From positions 172,052,001 to 172,112,000 of the forward strand of contig CM059425.1 of NCBI GenBank assembly GCA_030390025.1: a stretch of DNA of 60,000 nucleotides. Reading direction: 5' to 3'. Origin of the DNA: Squalus acanthias (lineage: Eukaryota). A program made the translations under genes and the position numbers. Shown piece by piece: positions 23,818 to 37,030 of this stretch; position 1 is the first letter of the stretch; each line of letters starts with the position of its first letter. Below the pieces are notes generated by a model. It was not told where the DNA came from and did no database searches. It saw only the letters and a program-made list of their open reading frames with translations.

Positions 23818-24589
23818 ATTACCATTCTAACAAGTAACCATTGTTTTCTACCCTTCAGCCTCTTTCTTCTCCAAACCCAGATTTTCTCTGAATCCGCACA
23901 GCTTTGATCTTATTTAATAACCTTTAGTATGGAACTTTATCAAATGCCTTCTGGATTTCTCAGTGTCCAACATGGACAGTTTACCACAGTTAACTTGGGT
24001 TGTCACTTCCTCAAAGAAATCAAAGAGAATGGTCAGGCAGAATCTTGCTTGTCTAAAATAGTGTTGACTATTGTTTACTCGGTTGTCAAGCAAGTCTGAT
24101 GACATCATAAAACACAAGTAAAGCTCAAGTAATTTATAAATAGCAACAGAACAGAAGATTGAATTTCCAACCTTAAATTCTGCGAGCTCTTTAGTAATGC
24201 ATACAACTCAATTTTATTTCTTTGTGAAGTGGCTTGAGATGTGTTACAGCTATGCTTCTTGGCAGCATTAGTAATGCATTTATCATCCAATTTTAATTGA
24301 GTTACAATTTGGTTTTGACACCAGCACATTGAAATTACAGAGAACAATGGTGCTCTTTGTACTCTTGTAAAAATGTTAACAATTGTGGCCAGCTCCCCTA
24401 GGACACTTGAAAACCTCAACGTGAAACTTGCATGCAGAGGTCAAGATGCATGAAATTTGCATGTAAAAGTTGCTGGAAATTTGAAAATATTTTTGTCACA
24501 TATCTTGGAAAATCAATCATTTTTCAAAATGATATTAAATATCAAATGTACATTTGCTGTCACTACCACGCCATCGAGGCTTACATGCA

Positions 24590-24889
24590 AATCATTGATG
24601 TATACCGTGCACAGAACTGGCCTTAGAACTGAACCAAGGGACACCCACTTCCAACCACTCTGAAAAACTGTCCTTAATACCTATGTTGTTTTCCCCATTC
24701 CAACCAATTTTTAATCCAGTTTGCTATCCTCTCCTAATTCCATATCCCTTAATCTTCTTTAGTTAACTCCTACGTAGTTCCTTGTTAAAGACTTTCCTAA
24801 AGTCCATATTCACTACATCCACTACATTTCCCCCAACTACCATGGCTGTAACACCCTCAAAGAATTCTATGAGGTTTGTCAAGCTTTAG
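24590..24889 (-). mobile_element. Degenerate CR1 RT fragment
   Basis: Minus-strand remnants of the GVP.GSVL and DF.K.F motifs. Confidence 0.6.
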
Positions 24890-27800
24890 TTTCCTGGATC
24901 ACTGGGTATGCTTCTGGGGAAGGTGGGACCTGTACAAGTCGGACAGGTTGCACCTGAACCGGAACGGGACCAACATCCTTGCAGGGAGGTTTGCTAGTAC
25001 TGTTGCGGGGGGTTGAAACTAACTTGGCAGGGGCATGGGATACGGAGTGGAGCTATAGTAGGGGGTGATGCACAGCCAAATATAGAAGAAAAAACAAGTC
25101 ACCCTGGAAGGCAGAGCAAATATGTAACGGCACAAGGGAGTAGGCAAGGCTGGATGGCATTTATTTTAATGCAAGGAGTCTTGCGAGTAAGGCAGATGAA
25201 TTGAAGGTGTTGATGAACACATGGGAGTATGATATTGTTGCTATCACAGAGACATGGTTGAGGGAGGGGCAGGACTGGCAGCTCAATATTCCGGGGTATA
25301 GAATCTTCAGGCGAGACAGAGGGGGGTGTAAAAGAGGAGGGGATGTCGCAATATTAATCAAGGAGTCAATTACTGCAGTAAGGAGGGATGATATCTTAGC
25401 AGGTTCCTCTAATGAGGCCATATGGGTAGAACTTAAAAACAAAAAGGGGGCAAGCACTTTGCTGGGAGTGTACTATCGGCCCCCAAACAGTCAGGGGGAG
25501 ATAGAGGGACAGATACTTAGGCAAATCTCAGAGAAGTGTAGAAATAATAGGGTAATAATAGTGGGGGATTTCAACTTCCCCAATATTAACTGGGATAGTC
25601 AGAGTGTGAAAGGCTTAGAGGGTGCGGAATTCTTAAAGTGCATCCAGGAGAGCTTTTTGAGCCAGCATGTAGAAAGTCCTACAAGAGAGGGGGCGGTACT
25701 GGACCTAATTCTAGGGAATGTAGCCGGGCAAGTGGTAGAAGTGTCAGTAGGAGAGCATTTTGGTGACAGTGACCATAATTCGGTGAGGTTTAAGGTAGTC
25801 ATGGAAAAGGACAAAGATGGACCGGAAATAAAGGTTCTAAATTGGGGGAAGGCCGATTTTAATATGATAAGGCAGGATCTGGCCAAAGTGGACTGGGATC
25901 AGCTACTTGTAGGAAAATCCACATCAGAGCAGTGGGAGTCTTTCAGAAAGGAAATAGAGAGAGTACAACGCCAACATGTTCCCGTAAAGGTCAAGGGTGG
26001 GACCAACAAACCCAGGGAACCCTGGATGTCAAGGGATATACAAGAATGGATTCGGAAAAAAAGGGAGGCTTTTGGCAGATACAAAGGACTAAAAACAGGG
26101 GAAGCCCTAGAGGAGTACAGAAAGTGCAGGGGGGTACTTAAAAAAGAAATTAGGAGAGCAAAGTGGGGGCATGAAAAAACACTGGCAGGCAAAATAAAGG
26201 AAAATCCCAAGGTGTTTTATAAGTATATTAAGGGCAAGAGGATAACCAGGGAAAGAGTAGGGCCCATTAGGGACCAAAGTGGCAGTCTGTGAGTAGAACC
26301 GGAAGATGTAGGTGAGGTTTTAAATGAACACTTTGCATCTTTGTTCACTATGGAGAAGGACGATGTAGGCATAGAAATCAGGCAGGGGGATTGTGATATA
26401 CTTGAACAAATTAGTATTGAGAGGGAGGAGGTACTAGCGGTTTTAGCGGGCTTAAAAGTGGATAAATCCCCAGGCCCTGACGGGATGTATCCCAGGCTGC
26501 TGTGTGAGGCAAGGGAGGAGATTGCAGGGACTCTGACACAAATTTTCAGAACCTCTCTGGCCACAGGGGAGGTGCCAGAGGACTGGAGAACAGCTAACGT
26601 AGTACCATTGTTCAATAAGGGTAGTAGGGATAAACCAGGGAATTACGGGCCAGTGAGCCTAACATCAGTGGTAGGGAAATTATTGGAAAAAATTCTGAGG
26701 GACAGAATTAGTCTCCACTTGGAGAGGCAAGGATTAATCAGGGATAGTCAGCATAGCTTTGTCAGGGGGAGATCATGTCGAACCAATTTGATTGAATTTT
26801 TCGAGGGGGTGACTAGGTGTGTGGATGAGGGTAGTGCAGTTGATGTAGTCTACATGGACTTCAGTAAGGCTTTTGACAAAGTCCCGCATGGGAGACTGGT
26901 CAAGAAGGTAAGAGCCCATGGGATCCAGGGCAATTTGGCACATTGGATCCAAAATTGGCTTAGTGTCAGGAGGCAGAGGGTGATGGTCAAAGGTTGTTTT
27001 TGTGACTGGAAGCCTGTGGTCCAGTGGTGTACCGCAGGGATCGGTGCTGGGTCCTTTGCTGTTTGTAGTGTATATTAATGATTTAGATAGAAATGTAGGA
27101 GGTACGATCAGTAAGTTTGCAGATGACACGAAAATTGGTGGAGTGGTAAATAGCGAGGAGGGAAGTCTCAGGCTACAGGACGATATAGACAGGTTGGTTA
27201 GATGGGCAGAACAGTGGCAAATGGAATTTAACCCTGAAAAGTGCGAGGTGATGCATTTTGGGAGGACTAACAAGGCAAGGGAATACACAATGAATGGTAG
27301 GACCCTAGGAAGGACAGAGGATCAGAGGGACCTTGGTGTGCATGTACATAGATCCCTGAAGGCAGCAGGACAGGTAGATAAGGTGGTTAAAAAAGCATAT
27401 GGGATACTTGCCTTCATTAGCCAAGGCATAGAATATAAGAGCAGGGAGGTTATGATGGAGCTGTACAAAACGTTAGTTAGGCCACAGCTGGAATACTGTG
27501 TGCAGTTCTGGTCGCCACAGTATAGGAGGGATGTGATTGCATTGGAGAGGGTGCAGAGGAGATTCACCAGGATGTTACCTGGGCTGGAGCGCTTCAGCTA
27601 TGAAGAGGGACTGGACAGGCTGGGTTGTTTTCCTTACAGCAGAGAAGGCTGAGGGGGGACCTGATTGAGGTGTACAAAATTATGAGGGGCATAGATAGGG
27701 TAGATAGAAAGGAACTTTTCCCCTTAGTAGAGGATTCAATAACCAGGGCGCATAGTTTCAAGGTAAGGGGCAGGAGGTTTAGAGGGGATTTGAGGAAAAA

Positions 27801-28036
27801 CTTTTTCACCCAGAGGGTGGTTGGAATCTGGAACTCATTGCCTGAAAGGGTGGTAGAGGCAGGAACCCTCACAACATTCAAGAAGCATTTAGATGAACAC
27901 TTGAAATGCCATAGCATACAAGGCTACGGACCAAGTGCTGGAAAATGGGATTAGAATAGACAGGGCTTGATGGCCGACGCGGACACGATGGGCCGAAGGG
28001 TCTCTTTCTGTGCTGTATAACTATATGACTCTATGA
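24890..28036 (+). mobile_element. CR1 with the end of ORF1 and near-complete ORF2 (APE endonuclease and RT), with stops and frameshifts
   Basis: LHLN at about 24950; ORFs 25201 (ITETW, YRPP, GDFN, SDH), 26341, 27002 (PQGS, FADD) and 27625; short-repeat tail ctatatgactctatga. Confidence 0.95.
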
Positions 28037-28084
28037 TTGTCCTTTTTGAAATTGCAAGAAGTATAAGTAAATCGTTGTTTTGAG

Positions 28085-29657
28085 TATTTGTGGCCCTGGA
28101 CAGTGGGAAGGGAGGAGGTAAAAGGGCAGGTGTTGCATCTCCCGTGCTTGCATGGGAAGGTGCCGGGCGAAGGAGAAGGGGTATTGGGGGTGATAGAGGA
28201 GTGGACCAGGGAGTCGCGGAGGGAGCAGTCCCTTCGGAATGCTGAAAGGGGAGGTGAGGGGAAGATCTGTTTGGTGGTGGGATCACGCTGGAGGTGGCAG
28301 AAATGGCGGAGGATGATCCGTTGAATGTGGAGGCTGGTGGGGTGAAAGGTGAGGACAAGGGGAACCCTATCGTGGTTCCGGGAGGGAAGGGGAGGGGTGA
28401 CAGCAGAAGTGCGGGAAATATAACGGACATGGTCAAGGGACATTCAACCATGGTAGAGGGGAATCATCGGTTGAGGAAAAAGGAAGACATGTCGGAAGCA
28501 CTAGTATGGAAGGTGGCATCGTCAGAGCAGATGTGGCGGAGACGGAGAAACTGGAAGAATGGAATAGAGTCCTTACAGGAAGTGGGGTGGGAGGAAGTGT
28601 AGTCCAGGTAGCTGTGGGAGTCAGTGGGCTTATAGTGAATGTTTGTCAATAGCCTATCCCCAGAGATGGAGACAGAGAAGTCGAAGAAAGGAAGGGAAGA
28701 GTCGGAGATGGACCATGTGACGGTGAGGGAAGGGTGGAAATTGGAAGCAAAGTGAATTAAATTTTCTAGTTCAGGGCGAGAGCAGGAAACGACACCGATA
28801 CAGTCATCAATGTACCGGAAAAAGAGGTGAGGGAGGGGACCTGAGTAGGACTGGAACAAAGAATGTTCCACATATCCCACGAAAAGGCAGGCATAGCAAG
28901 GACCCATGCGGGTTCCCATAGCAACACCTTTAATTTGGAGCAAGTGAGTGGAGTCAAAGGAAAAGTTGTTCAATGTGAGAACAAGTTCAGCCAGGCGAAG
29001 GAGGGTGGTGGTGGAGGGGGACTGCTTGGGCCTCTGTTCAAGGAAGAAGTAGAGTGCCCTCAGGCCTTCCTGGTGTGGGATGGAGGTGTAGAGTGATTGG
29101 ACGTCCATAGTGAAAAGGAGGCGGTTGGGGCCAGGAAACTGGAAACTGTTAAAGTGGCGGAGGGCGTCGGAAGAGTCGCGGATGTAGGTGGGAAGAGACT
29201 GGACAAGGGGAGAAAAAATAGAGTCAAGATAGGAAGATAAGTTCTGTGGGGCAAGAACAGGCTGAAACAATGGGTCTACCAGGGCAGTCCTGTTTGTGGA
29301 TCTTGGGAAGGAGGTAGAAGCGGGCTGTGCGGGGTTGGGGAACTATAAGGTTGGCAGCCATGGAAGGTAGATCTCCAGAAGAGATGAGATCAGTAACAGT
29401 CTTGGAAACGATGGCTTGATGTTCGGTAGTGGGATCATGGTCCAGGGGGAGGTAGGAGGATGTGTCGGAGAGTTGGCATTCAGCCTCCGCTAGGTAAGGG
29501 TCGGTTCGCCAAACAACAACAGCGGCACCCTTGTCAGCAGGTTTAACTTTTTCCAGTTCTGACGAAGGGTCATCGACCTGAAACGTTAACTCTGTTTCTC
29601 TCTCTGCTGCCTGACCTGCTGAGTATTTCCAGCATTTTCTGTTTTTATTTCAGATTT
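28085..29657 (-). mobile_element. Penelope-like element: RT region plus an inverted pseudo-LTR at its 5' end (29545-29657, continuing at 32150-32180)
   Basis: ORF 28464-29270 has MDVQSLYTSIP, GVAMG, FRYIDD and YKPTDSHSYL; ORF 28021-28443 has VPLVLTFHP and CKHGRCNTC. Confidence 0.9.
29555..29591 (+). ncRNA. Minimal hammerhead ribozyme motif (Penelope family B), intact core
   Basis: aguu-CUGACGA-A-ggguc(auc)gaccu-GAAA-cg-UU-aacu; palindrome AACGUU. Confidence 0.8.
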
Positions 29658-32149
29658 ACTAACAGTAATCATGGGTGACTTTAATCTATATATAGACTGG
29701 CCAAACCAAATTAGCAATAATAATGTGTAGGATGAATTCCTGGAGTGTGTACAAGATGGTTTTTTAGATCAGTATGTTGAGGAGCCAACTAGGGAACAGG
29801 CTATCCTAGATTGGGTATTGTGCAATGAGAAGGGGTTAATTAATAATCTTGTTGTGCGGGATCCTTTGAGGAAGAGTGACCATAACATGATAGAATTCTT
29901 CATTAAAATGGAAAGTGAAGAAGTCCAATCAGAAACTAGGGTCCTAAATCTAAACAAAGGAACCTATGAAGGTATGAGGAGTGAGTTGGCTATGATAGAT
30001 TGGGGAGCTTCATTAAAAGGCATGACGGTGGATAGGGAATGGCTAACATTTAAGGAACGAATGCATGAATTGCAACAGTTATACATTCCCTTCTGGCACA
30101 AAAACATGAAAGGAAAAGCAGCCCAACCATGGCTAACAGAAGAAATTAAGGATAGTGTTAGATCCAAAGAGGAATCATATAAAGTTGCCAGAAAAAGTAA
30201 CAAGCCTGAGGATTGGGAGCAGTTTAGAGTTCAGCAAAAAAGGACCAAGAGATTGACTAAGAGGGGGAAAATAGAGTATGTGAGTAAACTTGCAAGGAAC
30301 ATAAAAGCGGATTGTAAAAGCTTTTACAAGTATGTAAAAAGAAAAAGATTAGTGAAGACAAATGTAGGTCCCTTACAGTCAGAAACGGGAGAATTTATAA
30401 TGGGGAACAAGGAAATGGCAGAGCAATTAAACAAATACTTTGGTTCTGTCTTCACAGAAGAGTACACAAATAACTTCCCAGAAATGCTCGGGAACCAAGG
30501 GTCTTGTGAGAAGGACGAATTAAAGGAAATTAGTATTAGTAAAAAAATAGTGCTGGAGAAATTAATGGGACTGAAAGTTGATCAATCCCCAGGGCCTGAT
30601 AATCTGCATCCCAGGGCACTAAAAGAGGTAGCCATGGAAATAGTGGATGCATTGGTTGTCATGTTCCAAAATTCTATAGATTATGGAACAGTTCCTGCAG
30701 ATTGGAAGGTGGCAAATATAACCCCACTATTTAAAAAAGGAGGGAGAGAGAAAACAGGGAACGACAGACTGGTTAGCCTAACATCAGTAGTAGGGAAAAT
30801 GCTAGTCTATTATAAAGGATGTGATAACAGAACACTTAGAAAATATCAATGGGATTAAACAAAGTCAACATGGATTTATGAAAGGGAAATTGTGTTTGAC
30901 AAACCTACTGGAGTTTTTTGAGGATGTAACTGGTAGAATAGATAAGGGAGAACCAGTGGATGTGTATTTGGATTTTCAGAAGGCCTTTGATAAAGTCCTA
31001 CATAAGAGGTTAGTGTGCAAAATTAAAGCACATGGGATTGGGGTAATATACTGGCATGGATTGAAAATTGGTTAACAGACAGGAAACAGAGAGTATGAAT
31101 AAATGGGTCTTTTTCGGGGTGGCAGGCGGTGACTAGTGGGGTACCGCAGGGATCAGTGCTTGGGCCCCAGCTATTCACAATATATATCAATGATTTGGAT
31201 GAGGGAACCAAATGTAATATTTCCAAGTTTGCTGATGACACGAAACTAGGTGGGATTGTGAGTTGTGAGGAGGATGCAAAGAGGCTTCAAGCCGATTTAG
31301 ACAAGTTGAGTGAGTGGGCAAATACATAGCAGATGCAGTATAACGTGGATAAATGTGAAGTTATCCACTTTGATAAGAAAAACAGAAAGGCAGAGTATTA
31401 TTTAAATGGTGATAGATTGGGAAATGTTGATGTACAGAGGGACCTGGATGTCCTTGTACACCAGTTACTGAAAGCAAACATGCAGGTGCAGCAAGCAGTT
31501 AGGAAGGCAAATGGTATGTTGGCCTTCATTGCAAGAGGATTTGAGTACAGGAGCAAGGATGTCTTACTACAGTTATACAGGGCCTTGGTGAGACCACACC
31601 TGGAGTATTGTGTGCAGTTTTGGTCTCCTTACCTAAGAAAGGATATACTTGCCATAGAGGGAGTGCAGTGAAGGTTCACCAGACTGATTCCTGGGATGGC
31701 AGGACTGTCGTACGAGGAGAGATTGTGTCGACTAGGCCTGTATTCACTGGAGTTTAGAAGAATGAGAGGGGATCTCATTGAAACGTATAAAATTCTGACA
31801 GGGTTAGACAGACTGAATGCAGGGAGGATGTTTCCCCTGGCTGGGGGGTCTAGAACGAGGGGTCACAGTCTCAGGATACGGGGTAGGACATTTAGGACTG
31901 AGATAAGGAGAAATTTCTTCACTCAGAGGGTGGTGAACCTGTGGAATTCTCTACCACAGAAGGCTGTGGAGGCCAAGTCACTGAATATATTTAAGAAGGA
32001 GATAGATAGATTTCTAGACACAAAAGGCATCAAGGGGTATGGGGAGAGAGCGGGAATATGGTATTGAGATAGAGGATCAGCCATGATCATATTGAATGGC
32101 AGAGCAGGGCCGAATGGCCTACGCCTGCTCCTATTTTTCTATGTTTCTA
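29658..32149 (+). mobile_element. 5'-truncated CR1 inserted in the Penelope pseudo-LTR
   Basis: ORFs 29818, 30821, 31129, 31333 and 31696; tail ttttctatgtttctat. The pseudo-LTR text cagattt|ccagcatc is split around it. Confidence 0.95.
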
Positions 32150-32189
32150 TTTCCAGCATCCGCAGTATTTTGCTTTTGTCTTAGCTTCC

Positions 32190-33250
32190 CTTATCCTGTT
32201 CTTAACCGCTTTTTTCTTATTCTTCTTTACTTTTTTCATGATTATTATCGTCCTAATAGGCCCTCTTCTTCAATTTTAATTGGCTTCCAACCCTTTTATT
32301 TATTCATGCATTCCTGAAACTATGAGTAGTTTCCTTCTTTGTAATCAGTTTTTAAAAAAAACATCCCATTGTTATTCTGCAATCCTTTGTGCCAATTTCT
32401 ATTTCAGTTCACCACAGCTAGCTCGCTCCTTATCTTTTTAAAATCAGCTCTAATACAATCTGGTGCTCGCATTTTTGTACTGACTTTTTTTCTTTCTAGT
32501 TGGATCTTAACCCTCATCATATTGTGGTCACTACTCCCAAGGTGCTCACCCACAATTGGTTCATCTATCTTATCTCTTTCATTACTCATAACCAATGTTC
32601 CCTCTAATTTTTTTGTGTGCGCGGTCCCTTTAAATTTGCTGCACGGCCCGCACGTGCAGTATCTTTTCCAGCAGCAACAGCTGGTGAGTGGCCTACGCAG
32701 GACCTCCCGATCAATGTGCAGTCTCGCGCACCTTAGGGGGAATGTTGCTCATAGCGCCTCTGCCCTTTTCGGGATGTTAACGTACTGCTTGAGAAAAGAA
32801 TCCTGTACACATTTTGGATTACAATTCCCTTTTCTCGATTGACTTCCTCTTTGTCCCAATCGATAAGTAAATAAGTTATTGCTTCTCATCTCTCTAATCT
32901 GACTGCAGATTTCCTCTTGCATTTTCTTCCCACAATTTGGAGATCTTTAATACAGCCCTACTAATGTAACAAGCCCCTTTTTATCATTGAGGTCCAACCA
33001 TATTGACTCTGACAGTATCCCTTTATCAACATCAACCCTCTCTACAGTATGTATTCCCTCTTCAGATTGCCACTCCACCTCTTTTCTTTTCTTTTCTTTT
33101 CTATCTCTCTGAAATATATTAAATCCAGCTATATTTATTTTTCATTCTTGTCCAGATTTCTGTTAATGCTATTAAGTCTAGATATTACTGAAAAATAAGT
33201 GCTTCCAGTTCCCCCAGTTTATTTCCCAAACTTTACACATTACAATACAT
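32190..33250 (-). mobile_element. Degenerate CR1 endonuclease region
   Basis: ORF 32404-32595 VGEHLGSSDHNMM. Confidence 0.7.
32593..32747. mobile_element. hAT-type MITE (155 bp)
   Basis: TIRs CAATGTTCCCTCTAA / TTAGGGGGAATGTTG; 8-bp TSD CTCATAAC/CTCATAGC. Confidence 0.8.
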
Positions 33251-33443
33251 GAATTTAAGATTTTTTGTTCAACAATATTCCTTTACCCGTAATTTTTTTT
33301 GGCTAAGCTATCCGCTACCTTTACCCATTTATAACTACAACAATACAAAAGCAAAATACTGCGGATGTTGGAAATCTGAAATAAAAACAGAAAATGCTGG
33401 AAATACTCAGTTGGTCAGGCAGCATCTGTGGAGAGAGAAACAG

Positions 33444-33480
33444 AGTTAACGTTTCAGCTCAATGACCTTTCGTCAGAACT
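33444..33480 (-). ncRNA. Minimal hammerhead motif (family B), core intact, one stem II mismatch
   Basis: aguu-CUGACGA-A-agguc(auu)gagcu-GAAA-cgUU-aacu. Confidence 0.7.
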
Positions 33481-34137
33481 GGAAAAAGTTGGAGATGTAA
33501 CAGATTTTAAGCAAGTGCAGGGGCAGGGAATGGGGAGGGGAGGAAAGAACAAAAGGGAAGCTCTGTGATAGGATGGAAGGCAGGAGTAATTAAATGACAC
33601 AAGGTATGATTGTACAAACAAAAGGCGATGGTAATGTGACAGGTAAAGGAACAAAAGATGAGTCCAGAAGAGGTGTAAATGGGAATAGCAGAATCATCAA
33701 CAGATGTCATGTGAAAAAAATTGGAGCAGAGGTTCTGGTCTGAAATTGTTGAACTCGATGAATGGGAATAGCAGAATCATCAACAGCTGCCATCTGAAAA
33801 AATAGGGGCAGAGGTTATGGTCTGCAATTGTTGAACTCGATGTTGAGTCCAGAAGATTGTAATGTGCCGGATTGAGTTCAACAATTTCAGACCATAACCT
33901 ATTTTTTCCATATGGCAGCTGTAGATTATTCTACTATTCCCATTTACACCTCTTCCAGACCATCTTTTGTTTCTTTTCTTGTCCCATTCCCATCTCCTTT
34001 TGCTTTGTACAATCATAACTTTTGTCATTTCTCCTGCCTTCCAACCTATCACAGGCCTTCCCTTTTGTTCTTTCCTCCCCTCCCGCTTTCCCTGCCCCTG
34101 CACTTGCTTAAAATCTGTTACATCTCAAACTTTTTCC

Positions 34138-34174
34138 AGTTCTGACAAAAGGTCATCGACCTGAAACGTTAACT
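34138..34174 (+). ncRNA. Hammerhead motif (family B) with a G8A core mutation, probably inactive
   Basis: aguu-CUGACAA-A-agguc(auc)gaccu-GAAA-cgUU-aacu. Confidence 0.6.
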
Positions 34175-34374
34175 CTGTTTCTCTCTCCACAGATGCTGCC
34201 TGACCTGCTGAGTATTTCCATTCCCCATTTATAGCTGGTCCATTTGATTTTATTGCTCTCCTCCATATCCCTCTTGCTAAATTATTTTCTGCATTAATAT
34301 TCTCATCTATTTTCTCATTCCACCATCAGTCGATCCTGGTTAGTTTTATTTTCTCAACAGCCCCTCTCATTCTG

Positions 34375-35310
34375 AGTTTAAATACCTTGTCACTCTCCAT
34401 TTAACCACTTTGCCAGTATATTTGTACCCTCGCTGTTCAGATGTAGCCCATCCTTACAGAACAGATCCCACCTTTCCCAGAACTGGTGCCAGTGCTCAAC
34501 AAAGTGCAATCTCTTTTCCTGTCACCAAACCTTTAGCCGTGCACTTATTTGCCTAATCTTCCTGCCCTTCCCTATTCGAGCACATGGCTGGGGAAGTAAT
34601 TCTGAGATTACCACCTGCGAAGTCCTGCTCCTAAATTTGCTTCCTAATCTTCTAAATTCATCTTGCAGCAATTCAGTCCTTTCTTTACCTACATCACTGG
34701 CTTCCACGTGACCCACAATGGCTGGTTGTTCTCCCTTTCCTTGCAAAAACTTTTCCAGTCTATGCGATATGTCTGTTATCATAACACCTAGGAGGCAACA
34801 AAGAATCTGAGATTTTTGATCTGGACAGCAAAAGATCGTTTCAGTCCTTTTAACTACTGAATGTCCTATCACTACTGCATTTCTAGCTATGTTGCGAATC
34901 TCCCCCACCCCCCATCTTGAACCATCTCATGCTTGTTGGTGCCAAGGATGATTATTTGATGGACCAGCCCAAAGTCTTCATTTTCCCCACAGGAAGCTGG
35001 AGCTTCGAATCTATTTGAGAGCATCAGTTGCTCTCCTGTTCTAATCTTTCCTTCCTGTCCCTTGGATAGGCAGCCATCTTTCTTCCCCCGTTGACTGCTC
35101 CCTACCTCATTGATGTGACTACTCTCAAACTCTTGTTCCAAAAATTTCTCTCCATCCCTGATATATCAAATTATCTCCATTTCCTTCTCAAGTTCTGAGA
35201 TTTTGAGCTTGAGCTTGAGCTTGTGCTGGTGACACTTCCCACAAATGTGTTTGCCAACGTCAACACTGGTGCTTGAAACTTCTTGCAGGAATGACACATC
35301 ACTGTCCCTT
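34375..35310 (-). mobile_element. CR1 ORF1 (esterase) remnant; its 5' end continues at 37044-37130
   Basis: ORFs 34522-34908 (VVIGHS, CCLLG, VVISELLP) and 34887-35141 (LSNRFE). Confidence 0.8.
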
Positions 35311-37030
35311 AGAATCATAGAATCTTACAGCACAGAATGGGGCCATTCAGCCTGTCATGCCTGTGCCTGCTCTTTGAAAGAGCTGTCCAATTTAGTCCCA
35401 CACCCCAGCTTTCTCACCATAACCTTGCAAATTAGTTCTCTTCAAATACAGAGGTGAGGTGAGAGTGACTGCCCTTGACATCAAGGCAGCATTTGACCGA
35501 ATCTGGCATCAAGGAGCCCTAGTAAAACTGAAGTCAATGGGAATCAAGGGGAAAACGCTCCACTGGCTGGAGTCATACCTAGCACAAAGGAAGATGGTTG
35601 TGGTGGTTGAAGGTCAATCATCACAGCCCCAGGGCATTGCTGCAGGAGTTCCTCAGGGCAGTGTCCTCGGCCCAACCATCTTCAGCTGCTTCATCAATGA
35701 CCTTCCCTCCAACATAAGATCAGAAATGGGGATGTTCGCTGATGACTGCACAGTGTTCAGCGCCATTCGCAACTCCACAAATAATGAAGCAGTCCATGCC
35801 CGCATGCAACAAGACCAGCACGATGTTCAGGCTTGGGCTGATAAGTGGCAGGTAACATTCGCGCCACAGAAGTGCCAGGCAATGACTATCTCCAACAAGC
35901 GAGAGTCTAACCACCTCCCCTTGACATTCAATGGCATTACCATCACCGAATCCCCCACTATCAACATCCTGGGGGTCACCATTAACCAGAAACTTAACTG
36001 GACCAGCCACATAAATACTGTGGCAACAAGAGCAGGTCAGAGGCTAGGTATTCTGCGGCGAGTGTCTCACCTCCTGACTCCCCAAAGCCTTTCCACCATC
36101 TACAAGGCACAAGTAAGGAGTGTGATGGAATAATCTCCACTTGCCTGGATGAGTGCAGCTCCAACAACACTCAAGAAGCTCAACATCATCCAGGACAAAG
36201 CAGCCCGCTTGATTGGCACCCCATCCACCACCTTAAACATTCACTCCCTCCACCACCGGCGTACCGTGGCTGCAGTGTGTACTATCTGCAAGATGCACTG
36301 CAGCAACTCGCCAAGGCTTCTTCGGCAGCACCTCCCAAACCCGCGACCTCTTCCACCTAGAAGGACAAGGGCAGCAGGCACATGGGAACACCACCACTTC
36401 CAAGTTCCCCTCCAAGTCACACACCATCCTGACTTAGAAGTATATCGCCGATCCTTCATCGTCGCTGGGTCAAAATCCTGGAACTCCCTCCCTAACAGCA
36501 CTGTGGGAGTACCTTCACGACACGGACTGCAGTGGCTCAAGAAGGTGGCTCACCACCACCTTCTCAAGGGCAACTAGGGATGGGCAATAAATGCTGGCAT
36601 TGCCAGCGACGCCCTGATCCCATAAACATTTTTTTTTAAATGTCCAATTGCTTTTGGAAAATTCCTATGGAATCTGATTCCACCACCCTTTCAGGTCGTG
36701 CATTCCAGATCAAAACAAACCTGTGTGAAATAATTTTTCCTCATTTCCCCTCTAGTTCTCTTGCCAATTATTTTAAATCTATGACCTCTGGTTATCAACT
36801 CATGTGCCAAAGGAAACAGTTTCTCCCTACTTGCTCTATCAAAACCCCTCATAATTTTAATACCTCTATCAAATCTCCCCTTAACCTTCTCTGCTCTCAG
36901 GAGTACAATCCCAGCTTATCCAATCTCTCCACCTCTCCTCTGTTCTCTCTCCAAGGCCTTGACATCCTTCCTAAAGTTTGGTGCCCGGAATTGTACACAA
37001 TACTCCAGCTGAGGCCTAAACAGTGATTTG
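35311..37030 (-). mobile_element. Short CR1 3' fragment (35311-35450 and 36641-37030) interrupted by another LINE
   Basis: Tail agaatcatagaatc; host text ttcaaataca|tgtccaattg is split by the insertion. Confidence 0.75.
35451..36640 (+). mobile_element. 5'-truncated CR1/L2-group LINE of a distinct family (RT C-terminal half and 3'UTR)
   Basis: ORF 35459-36133 [29 protein letters not shown] 36149-36577 SWNSLP; AATAAA in the tail. Confidence 0.88.

Larger units (their letters stand above)
22410..24100 (-). mobile_element. Degenerate CR1 RT fragment interrupted by Penelope
   Basis: Minus-strand peptides [26 protein letters not shown] and DFFEEVT. Confidence 0.75.
33345..34221. mobile_element. 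Penelope 3' end/pseudo-LTR in an inverted (fold-back) pair
   Basis: 33872-34221 is the reverse complement of about 33400-33760. The minus strand encodes the PLE C-terminus GLNIEFNN. An ~80-bp internal tandem duplication lies at 33680-33845. Confidence 0.85.

Noticed and set aside
7760..32149. Segmental inverted duplication or assembly artefact between the two similar CR1 copies
   Set aside because: Similarity stops at the element boundaries, the 5' truncation points differ, and each copy has its own mutations.
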